A DNA stretch of 58,559 nt, the filler included, from Sphacelaria rigidula (lineage: Eukaryota): assembly GCA_964200075.2 (NCBI GenBank). It is 6 parts of 6 records of this genome, joined end to end, with 100 filler letters (N's around TTAATTAATTAA, not from the genome) between each part and the next. Parts side by side here need not be neighbours in the genome. Positions count along the whole stretch, not along the records: positions 19,557 to 29,233 come from CAXNAA020007981.1; positions 29,334 to 39,009 come from CAXNAA020007982.1; 4 more parts are not named here. One strand, given 5' to 3'. Every line of letters starts with the position of its first letter. Positions within the stretch are counted from its first letter, which is position 1. The position numbers and the translations under genes are program-made. The notes below the pieces were generated by a model that worked only from the letters and a program-made list of their open reading frames with translations, was not told the origin of the DNA and did not search any database. Below are positions 25,670 to 35,883 of this stretch, one piece after another.

Positions 25670-26690
25670 CAAAGTTGGGTAACCTGGCGTGTCGATGCCC
25701 TGAGCACTCTGGATTACTGAGTATTTTCGACATTCGGTACCCTAGCTGCCGTTGCATATTGAATATTTGCAGCAGTTGTTACCGAGTGTACTCGGAGTAC
25801 TCAGTGCCTTCACTCAATCATCCCGACATCAAAACGGGTACCGGGAAGGGCGGGTCGGCGAGGTATCCTGGGATACCCTGTACGTCCGGCAATGCGTACC
25901 CTGGGTACCCCAGAATACTGAGTACTTCTGCCGCGTTGGTGAAAAACGTCGACACCTAATCCATTCATCTCCCAGGGAACTCAACGCGTTTTCTAGGACA
26001 TAAAACTGCAGTGAAAATGCTCAAAATTCACAATGCAGTCAACCAACCTCCTCTTGTTCAGGCAACAATATTCACAACACTAGATTCTTTACCTAACATT
26101 CAAGTACAAATTCCTTGTCCGGTACTGGGTATATGTCCTGATTGCCAAGTGTTTTGAAGTGTCGATACCCGGGGTACTTCGGGTTACCAATTATTTTCGG
26201 CACTCAGTTCCCTGCGCATCCTGAAATACTGAGTAATTTGGGCAATCGGTACCGTGAGTGCCCAGGGTATTCAGTATATATGCTCAGTGATTCGGGTACA
26301 ACACCTGATATTCAGGGAGTGAGTACCCGAAGTTCCCTAGAATATTGGGCATACTCGACTATTAGTACCCAGGGTATCCTAAGGACTCGGTACTTTTACT
26401 CAGCACTCTGAGAACCACACCAGGTATTTCGAGAAGCGAGTACCCTATGGTTCCAAGCATTTTCGACAGCTCGTACCCCGAGTACTCCAGAATTCTGAGT
26501 ATTGTTTTGACTGTCGATACCTTGAATACCCTGGGATACTGAGTATTTCCGATAGGATGCACCCTGGGTACCCTGAGGTACTGCGTACATTCCGGAGTAG
26601 ACACCCGTGCGTACACTTAGATACTGGGTACTCCTCAAATACCCTGAACGCTCAGGGTACCTACCCCCAGGTGCGTACCCTACCCGAACT
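25670..26690. repeat. Palindrome-dense element (GGTACC, GAGTACTC, GGGTAC/GTACCC motifs)
   Basis: Dozens of self-complementary 6-8-mers in two blocks separated by an AT-richer spacer at ~25960-26110. Confidence 0.65.
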
Positions 26691-27874
26691 GCGTATGATA
26701 TGTTTGTTATTCGCCGCCGTACCCGGGTGGCGTGAGAGATGGGCTAATCACCTGAGACCACGGATCATCCGGAGGAAGGGAATGACTTGGAAGTGACGAA
26801 AAAAATGACAAAATAAGTTATTCTCCATGATATATTATATATTACGCCGCCACGGCGTGATGATATTATAGTATTAATTAAAAGGTGAAAGGTCGAAGGT
26901 TCGAATTTTGTTTGCCCTCGAGGGAAAGAGGAAACCTCACCCAATACATACCCCCGCGAACGGGTTGGTGTGCCGATATACCCTGAGGCTCGGGTAGACC
27001 ACCGCGTGGCTGTCATATGGGGTAGGTTTGCGCAGTGCACGCGCCACCCTACTCTTGTGAGCTTCAGCCCTAGGATATTTTGTGAGGACGTGATTGGCAA
27101 CGTAAAGAAAGACTCGGTGCAGGAGTGCTGATGATCCACCAATTGCGTGACACAACAACGTCAACCAAGTACAACACCAAGATATCAGGCACGTGTCGGC
27201 GGAGAGGAGGATTAGGTTGGTCCGTTGAGGGACCACGCACTCGTCCTTAGCAAGGGAAAGCAGGGGCACGAACTAGAAAAAATATCAGCTATAGAAGATA
27301 GCGGCGCCAGAGGCGGCTACCCCGCCTCGTCCGACTTGCCCGACGAAGGCGAGGTACTGTAGGAGCCATGCGGTGGGCGGGGGCGGAGAACGAGGTTTCC
27401 ATCGAAGGCTTTGAATAGATGGCCTCGAACCATTCGAGCGGGAGGCCAGAGCAACAGTCTAACCGGCGATCCGGTTAGGAGATCGCTTGAGAGATGTATC
27501 ATGTATCCGTTTCCCGCACATGTTCCACGTCAACGACGCTCGGGGCGCGGGAGAGAAGGATGCAGTGTTTTCAGATACCTAGTTGAGGATTTCGTCAAAG
27601 CGGATTCGTATGGAGTCGGAAACGTCACGTCAGTAGACAAATGTGACATTTTATTGAGTATATTGTTTAATTGATTGATTGTCACACAGTGAATATGTAC
27701 ATCGGTCATCACGTATCATTTCCACACCAAAATTATAGTTTTAGTCTACTCTCTTGACGAGAGAGTTTTGCGTAGTACGAATCCTGATGATGCTGGCTTT
27801 GAAGTTTCATGAGCACATGTTCATTCACACGAGTAATCTCTCTCTCTCTCTGTCTGTTTATCTGTCTCTCTAAC

Positions 27875-27889
27875 ACGCACGCACGCACG

Positions 27890-27940
<51 letters not shown>
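27875..27940 (+). repeat. (CA)n microsatellite
   Basis: Direct inspection. Confidence 0.95.
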
Positions 27941-27943
<3 letters not shown>

Positions 27944-28514
27944 TATTCCTCTCTTTTGCTTCACCAGTGGCCAACATATGTCTAACTAAGATTACGGGTG
28001 AACGCTCCCGTGCAAGCGGGTCAACTAGACCTACTCTTAAAACAATGCACTTTACAAAACCCTTCAGCTCTACTTCACCCTGCGACATGTTTCATTTTCG
28101 AAAGCTTGATGAGACAGTGCAATGTTTTTCCATCACCGGTCACCATCGACGAGGGCGAGATTCGACCTTCGACCCAACCTCTCCGTGCCTGGAAGTTTGC
28201 GCGTGATAGGCAACGCGCGGAACCCTGATGGTGGATCTGACACTTTAATTCTGAAAGACGGAAATTTGATTCTGAAAAACGGGAACATGCATACACGAAT
28301 TTACAGGACACATCACATTTGTGTGAACGACCCAACCTGTCAGTGTTTAAAAGTTTGCGCGTAATAGACGGTAGTACCCGCTTTCCGTTCCGGCTAACTC
28401 CCACGACCTCCTGCTGTGTCTGGCTTTCAGTTTTCATTATTTGCCATGGTAAGCAAGAGTTTATTTTCAGCAGTAATGTCTGTGTTTCGTTTCTCGGGTT
28501 GTTGGACGGGTCAC

Positions 28515-28760
28515 TTTGAGAGTCGGCATCATTTTATCTTGGGAAAGACTGAAAATGATGCCGGTTCACGAAAAGGCCCCTGCGTACATCTTCATGTCCG
28601 GTCCCCGGATATTTGGATTGCATAGTAAGCCTCATACATTTGGGCTCCAACAAAAAATTGACCCAGAAACACAAAGTGCAACCCCTATTGTAGCATGGCT
28701 CACCGGCGTCCAGAATAGGAGGGACGACAACACTGTGTTCTTCAGATATGATTACCCGGG
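28515..28760 (+). repeat. Dispersed repeat shared with 50090-50340 (minus)
   Basis: tttgagagtcggcatcatttt...gatgccggttcacgaaaaggc...catagtaagcctcatacatttgggctcc...gtgcaacccctat aligns with the reverse complement of 50090-50340. Confidence 0.7.
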
Positions 28761-28934
28761 GTTCGGGGTTCAGCGTGTACTTTCGCGTCCTGAAGAGTAC
28801 AGCTTTTGTCGTCAAATGTCGTATATGTTGGATCGGATTTTAACCGACTGTTGTTTATAGAGATTTTGCTCTTTCGTAAGCAAATGATCAACTTGTGTAC
28901 AATCGTAGCCTCGGCATATGTAGTCGTATACAAG

Positions 28935-29210
28935 GGTAGGTCGAGTAGAGTATACTCAATACTCAGTATTTTTTAAGAGTCATACATTTAGTACTCAAAA
29001 TTTGAGTAGAGTATCGAGGTCATACTCAAGTAATACTCTATACTCAAGTATTACTGCTTACCCAATACTTGAATAGAGTATTGGAGGCCGTACTCAATAT
29101 ACTCAAAATTTGAGTAGCGTAGTTGAGGCCATACTCGATGTACTCAAAAATTGAGTAGAGTATTTGAAGCCGTACTCGACCTACTCAAACGTCGAGTAGA
29201 GTAAATACTT
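28935..29210. repeat. Degenerate ~41-bp tandem array of TACTC/GAGTA hairpin units
   Basis: tactcaaaatttgagtagagtatttgaggccatactcgatg-like units. Confidence 0.75.
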
Positions 29211-29233
29211 GGGCATTTTCCTCCTGTGCTCAA

Positions 29234-29333
29234 NNNNNNNNNNNNNNNNNNNNNNNNNNNNNNNNNNNNNNNNNNNNTTAATTAATTAANNNNNNNNNNN
29301 NNNNNNNNNNNNNNNNNNNNNNNNNNNNNNNNN
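29234..29333. other. Artificial scaffold-joining spacer
   Basis: N44-TTAATTAATTAA-N44. Confidence 0.98.
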
Positions 29334-32300
29334 AAAACGTTGAACGCACGGCCCAATTCGACGACTCTTGAGCTGAAATTTCAGGAAAACCTTCTGCACT
29401 CCAGGAAGTGATACTTCACGTGTCCAGCTGCAGATACTCATTTTTTTCCTGGACTCATGACATCATCTTGTTTTTGCTGAAATTTCAAATGCCTTTAACT
29501 TTTTTTTTCTTTTTTTTTTTTCTTCTGACGTGATCTTCTGCACTTCGATCATCAAAAGCTGCTGTCAAAGTGTCAGCGTCCAACTCCTAATATCACGCCG
29601 TGCGTCGCCTGAGCGAGATTCACACCTACTTTTGGCTGGCCCAGGTCGTAGATGATTGGTGCGAACCGTCAAATATTTCTACTTTCCACTCAAACTGATA
29701 CTGCAGTGTGGCATCATGAAAAACAGCAGCTTCTGGGCCGTCAAGTCCTGGCTTGAATCCTCGGCACCTGACAACCCCCAGTGTTTCCATTTTCGTCGTG
29801 CTGTCCGGCGAGAGTATCAACAACTTCAACTTGAGACTGCAATCTGTACGTGTGCTCTACTGAGTGGGAGTATAAACTTAGCTCATGGACTTCGGATTCA
29901 ATCCTCGCACGCAGTTGAACGTACCATTTTTTTTTGTGACGTGTTGTGCGTCGAATTCATCTTAAGTAAAGTATAGCAACGAGACCACATCGCAACTGTT
30001 TCAAACTTTCCACATCATGATCCCTGGTCTGTGAAAACGAGCCAGTGCAATGGTACAATTAGCACGTAAGAGGCCAGAAACAAATGGTTCACTTAGAATC
30101 GGCGTGTTCATCGATGACAAAATAGGTGACAAATATGCTGTTTTTGGTACAGAATACAGCATTTCTATATCAGTGTCATCAGCGGGTACGAGTCATGAGC
30201 TGATGTTCGCATTGAGGACATGAACATCGAGCGTGCTCGCAGTCCTCGGTCTTGGTTCCCTACTACAATAAAGAAAACAAGTCTTGACCAGAGAACGCAC
30301 GTCTTGACCACGACTGAAGGCTTGCTCAGAGGACACATTCGGCAGCATTAGCAGCTTGTTCCGTCAGGGATTGATAACAAAATCGTGGACTGCGTGTTGA
30401 TAGTACTTTCTGGAATTTGTGTGTACTCCTTCAGTCTTTGGGCAGCGATGAGCACCGCGGAGGGGGATATAGTAGGTCGTTTTGCATGCAGGATTTGGCG
30501 TGCGGACGGGTCATATTTTTCCACGTTATCTACTATACTGCTTTGTACTGTACTACATTGTACTGTACCGCACCATGATGTCTGCACTGTATTACAACTT
30601 CTTCACCTCCTTCGTCGGTGCTGCCCTCCGAATCATCTCTGCAAAACATCGATGCGAGCTGTAATATCCGTGTAGCAGTACCCTACCCTGCCGTACTGTG
30701 CCGTACCGTATCGTACAGACTGCACTGTGTCGTACGACAGCGAAAACCCCAGCGGGCTTGGCGTGTACGGTTTCCTGCATGACTAGTCGCCGATATTGCT
30801 AGGTTAAATTGGCGATAGCAGGACAGAATGATTGAACCATGTACATGTACATAATCAAGTGGCCCTCCCCAACATATGCTGGCTACACTGCATTGTGCAT
30901 TCAACAAAGCTTTCCGAGAAAGTTCTACGCGTCGAGCTTTTTACCCGCGTTGCTGTTGTTCTCTTCGGTACCGGAATATCTCTTTGGTGGCTTTGCTACG
31001 AATATTCACTCTTCATGGGCCGAGAAAAACGCGAGGACTGCGTGAAAACAAGGATACAGTACTGCAGTATAGTTATCATAGTATACCAAAACACGACGGC
31101 AACCATACAAATGGCAACAACCAAGCCAGGCGAGTCAGGCAAGTCAGGCAAGTCAGGCAAGTCGAGCAACTTAGGCCAGCCAAGCAAGCGAAGGAAATGC
31201 TGTCACGGGTTCGCAGCAGAAACTAGTATTATAGGAGGCTACTGCAATACCGGATCAACAGCCTGGCGACGTAAGCGCTTCAACACAGGACACGAAAGGA
31301 GTCGTGAGAACGACGGGTTCATGGTACGATACGCTAATGTGCGTCTACAAACACTGACTACCTACCTCACTTATGCTCGTCTGTCGGGCCATCCACATCA
31401 TCGTCACCAACGGGCCAAGAAAGAAACAGGACGTGAGCAGCACTGGAATGGTCAACGCGGCCCCCAATCCGACCGTGTGGACACCAATCCACTTCGTGAC
31501 AGGCAACCCGCCCATGACCTGTATGTTGAAAATAGGGCGCCCGCTGTCAGCTAACAGATAACGCGTATGGAAAGATATCCGGAGTATAAGGCACGACATT
31601 CTTTGGCATGCTCCAGCATGGAATAATACCAACTGGGAATGGTCGTGTCGAAACATTCGCTGATTGTCACCAACATCGAAATACACATACCATGCTACCT
31701 ACCTACTATCTTGAAAGGTGCACCAGCTTGGGTGTTCTTTGTTTTGGCGAGACACGTTTGAGACATCTTCTGTTTTCCATCTCTGACGTTCGATGTATGA
31801 TTTTTCATGTTTGATGTGATCACGCCCCTGGGGTTGAGATAACTAACCGATAAATTTTCAACGTTGGCGTGCGTCTCTGCCCGCTTTTTTTTTCTATCCA
31901 TCGCCTCCAAAACACGTGATGAAATGTCTGACTAACAAAGCGATAGAAGTCCAATATTTGACCTAGCAAAAACGAAGTACAGTAGTGGGGAGGAGGGGTA
32001 TCGGCAAGAAACCCGTGTGCACCTTCCGATCAGTACCTGGCTACAGCTGTGGATCGTGATCCCACACCGTCTACGAAAGCGAATGAACTGGATGACGTTC
32101 GACTTTTTCATCATCCACTATCCTTTCTGTTGTCCGCAAAAGCTTTACTCCTGCTGCGGAGCTGGTACTACACATTCAACATAAACGTCTGGCGGTCGAG
32201 TCGTGGTTCAACACGTGCGACAAGCATTTGTTACATCTAAATTGTGACAAGTGAGCGCATGTGAACTGTTGTTACTCCGCACCACTCTGTCACGCATACC

Positions 32301-33701
32301 CGGTAGGAAATAACTCGAAATGGCCCAGAGGGAATCCCTGAACATGCAAGATTATAGCTTCGTGTCCGAAACATAAAACGTAGACGAGCTCGGGGATGAC
32401 CACCACGTGGACAATACTGTCACTTTTTTTCTCGCAAGTGATCAAAATGCATGGCGATGCACACTTTTCAGCCTGCGATTTCCCCCTCCGTGATGGGCTC
32501 CAACTGTCCCCCCCCCCGCCTCCCTCCCGACCCGAGGGATTAGTAGCGATTTCATCCTCATCACAAAAAGTGCTGGTGACACTCTGGGTGTTTCGAGGAT
32601 GTTCAGCTCTTTGGCTGTTGAGTTATTGTATTTCAGTTCGATGTCGTTGATCCTTTGAACGACCTAAAGGTAAACCGGTCGTCGGGGATCCTACAACTTT
32701 ACAGCCCGAGGTTGGGCCTTTCAAATTTTTGCTTGACCAAACCAATCTCATCGTTATCGCGAACAAGTTGTTGTTATTTTTAGCTTGCCGTCGCCCCACA
32801 GCCAATTCATTATGTTTTGAACCGAACACAGTTTATAACACCCCCCCAGAACGCACTTTTACTCCATATTGGGATATGTGTCCTGCGGACGCCTTGCTCC
32901 TTCTACCAACGCGTGCCTATTCTCGAAATTTCGAGTGACAATGACGAACCGTCCGCGAAGCAATCCGATAAACTGAAACCAGTACTGAATTCGAACGCTG
33001 ATTGCTGCGATTGATAGCGCGTTCTTCATGGTGATCCCCGGCGGTATTATGTCCATGTTTCCCCGACGAATCAAGTTTGATTTCCAGTTGATCTTCCGAT
33101 TATATGACTCGACGCCGTGGTCTGGTGGGGTCTGTGTATGCGCACTCAGGAGCGGATGTATTTGTCCGTCATCTACAGTACCTTTGTATCCGTAGCCGCA
33201 AAATTCGGCTATACTTTACGGACTTCACATTGGCGGAGGTCGCGTGGTGGGCGCTGTAATTGACCACTACCTGTGCTGTAGCATGTGGTAGCAGGTGACA
33301 AGTAAGTCAATATTGTGGTTGCATTTGCTTGGGATTTGGGTAGCTGCGCGCGCTGACTACGTGAGGTATGGAGGCAGTTCACCACCCTCCCTTCCAGGTA
33401 TTGGGAGGGCATTCCAGAGAAGTAATGTAAGAAGGAAGGCCACGTCGGATACACTCGTCATATCTGCCTGACCAGGGTGCAGTGTGGATATATGGGAGGG
33501 CCTTTGTTGCCCATGGGCCATACGAGTACAAGGAGAGAAAACGATTTCTCCCGTTTTTTGCCATGCTCCTGAAGAATTTCACGGCAGAAGTAGTGCGTGT
33601 GGTATATATTACCAATCGTGCAGGTTTTTACTAGAAATATTACACACGGGGTGCAAAAAACATCAAGGTATACATTTTCTAGACTGAAGTTCTCGTTTTT
33701 A

Positions 33702-34746
33702 ACTATTCAGATGTACGGCGACTGCTGTTCGCGGGAGCCCTGGCTAGACAACCGGTCGGACGACTCCCGAAGCGACTGGCATTCGGAACACTCGTGGGGG
33801 GAAAGGATCCATGACCAGGGTGCCCGGAGAAAAACTGGCTCAAGTGCCTGCGGGTTTTTCAAGTTTTCGGAGCCACGAACGGCTCTACGGACGACAACCG
33901 ACAGACGTTCGGAGTTGAAAGTGCCCTCTGGCCTACAGCAGCGAAGAGGGAATGTGGGATACCATGGCACGCGGGGGTGCTACAGGGAGCGGAGAGGTTC
34001 ATGACTTCTTGGCACAAGATCGAGGAAGAGGCCGGTCGACAACGTGCGATTTAGGGGGAGATTCGAGGAGGGGGGGGGGCGTACTCATTTGTTGCTTGCC
34101 TTAGTCGTTTGACCATTGACCACGCATCCCTTTCGAGACGGAGCAATTCGAGGAGGGGAGGGAGGAGATGGAAGAATGCGTAGCCAGCTCCTACCGAACT
34201 GAAAATGGCGGAAGTGGCAGGACCCCCATCATCTCCCCTTGAATTATTTTTCTACTAACTGCTGACTACAACGCACCCCTCCCCCCGAGGTGGTGTGTGG
34301 TGTTATGTAGTGCTCTTCCTGCCATGCCTAGTATATTCGTACGCATAGCTATCCCTCCAGAGATACAAGGTTAGGACCCTGCGACTCGTAACGCTTTGGT
34401 TGGTAATCGTGGCTCTCGAGTTCGGCTCTCTTCCTGTTTGACCTCGCGTGTTGAGTGGACCAATGGGCCCTGCCTCCAGTAGCTCGAATGGTCGCAGATG
34501 ACATCGGAACTGAAAGGGCTAGCAGTAGTACTTTTTCTTTCCTCTTCTCTTTTTTTCAGTATATTCATATAATTTGTTTTTTATTTCCTTTGTATTGTAT
34601 CCCTGTGAATTGTTTCTGGGTCCCATTTTTTTCATGATTTTCTTTTAACTGTCTTGGGGCAGTTAGCCTGTGACCGCGGAAAGCGTCCGCATCAAATGCC
34701 CAGTATAGAGAACTGCGCAGATATCGGAACAGTTTTGCATATGAAG

Positions 34747-34788
<42 letters not shown>
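33702..34788 (+). mobile_element. 5'-truncated RTE-type LINE (ORF2 C-terminus, 3'UTR, (CAA)n tail)
   Basis: Degenerate RRLLFAGALARQPVGRLPKRLAFGTLVGG...FGVESALWPTAAK...GVLQGAERFMTSWH, typical of the RTE post-RT region. Ends tgaagac(aac)n at 34742-34788. Confidence 0.85.
34074..34145 (-). mobile_element. Subfamily-B poly(C)-tailed repeat inserted in the RTE, 13-bp TSD
   Basis: attcgaggagggg at 34061-34073 and 34146-34158. Other B copies at 9610-9678, 21253-21355 and 48730-48784. Confidence 0.9.
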
Positions 34789-35404
34789 GGTGTCCATGCA
34801 CCGGTAGGCCGTTTTTTCTTCGTATTTTCGCCAGGGTTCGGAATAGTCGTTTTTAGTCTAGAGACAAAGCCTCCATACATCAAGCCGCTGGCACGCTTAT
34901 GCCGCACGCCAGAGATATTCGTGCTAAGCCGCAACCATCGGCATTGCCATCTCATCGGTGCGGTATTGTTTTCGAAGTGTACAAGTGTACAGAACAGTAG
35001 CACTGCCGTGATCGCCCCAACAACAGTAATACTGTACGTTCATATGATCAACACACAGCTGACGATCAACAGCTGAAAACCATATCGTATTTGGTGAGAG
35101 TGTGTGTGCGGTAGGCGGCACGTGGGATTGTGCTTGGGTGGTATTTTGGTCTGTGCCTCAGCTGTCTGACATTTGCTCTTCACCTCCCCACCCCTCACTA
35201 TCAAATGAGAGGGACGAGTGCAAGTCAACAAACTCGCAGGAAACGCGCATGGGACCTCGGCAGTGGGCGTTTCCCCATCACAAACCCCTGCTGTTCAAGC
35301 GGGAGACCGTGGCGTTGAGAGTGGGGAAAAGGGAGGGCGACCTCGGTCCACTTTTGCGTTTTGGGCATGGAGGCAGTAATATGCTTCACAGTGTTAACCG
35401 CTCA

Positions 35405-35702
35405 ACCAAATTCTTATTTTATTTTTCATTTTTTATTTGTCGCACTTTGAACCCCTCACCTTCCTCGGGACGAGTCCGTGGTCTCAGGTGATCAACTCAT
35501 CTCTCCCTGGTACACGCCGTGCATTTTGGTCTCGCGTCAACTCACGTCAAACAAACTCAGTCGACTACTTTAATTACTCACGCTCTCACGCTTTCCACGG
35601 TGGAAATCAGATACTGTATTACGAAGAAAACCCAACGCACCGAGGATCGAACCCTCGTGCTCTCCACCCTAATGGTGACAGTCGGACCATTACACCACCG
35701 GG
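35405..35702 (-). mobile_element. tRNA-derived SINE family 2
   Basis: ggtggtgtaatggt (box A) ... ggttcgatcc (box B). Same body, A-rich tail. Confidence 0.85.
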
Positions 35703-35746
35703 TTGCGTTAGGCTGCTGCAATCCCATTGGTCAGAACAGAAAACTC

Positions 35747-35883
35747 CACACCCTGGACAACAGATGACATTGCCAAAATATATACTGCGTACAGTATCGA
35801 CTATTGCGTCTATTGCAATAGACAACAGATCCCATACTGTACGCAGTACATTTTCGACAATGTAATCTATTGTCCAGGGTGTG
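35747..35883. mobile_element. hAT-type hairpin MITE, copy 3
   Basis: Near-palindromic 137 bp. Perfect 8-bp TSD gaaaactc at 35739-35746 and 35884-35891. Confidence 0.92.

Noticed and set aside
28935-29210. CRISPR-like array of palindromic repeats
   Set aside because: No unique spacers, degenerate tandem units, eukaryotic context and no cas genes.
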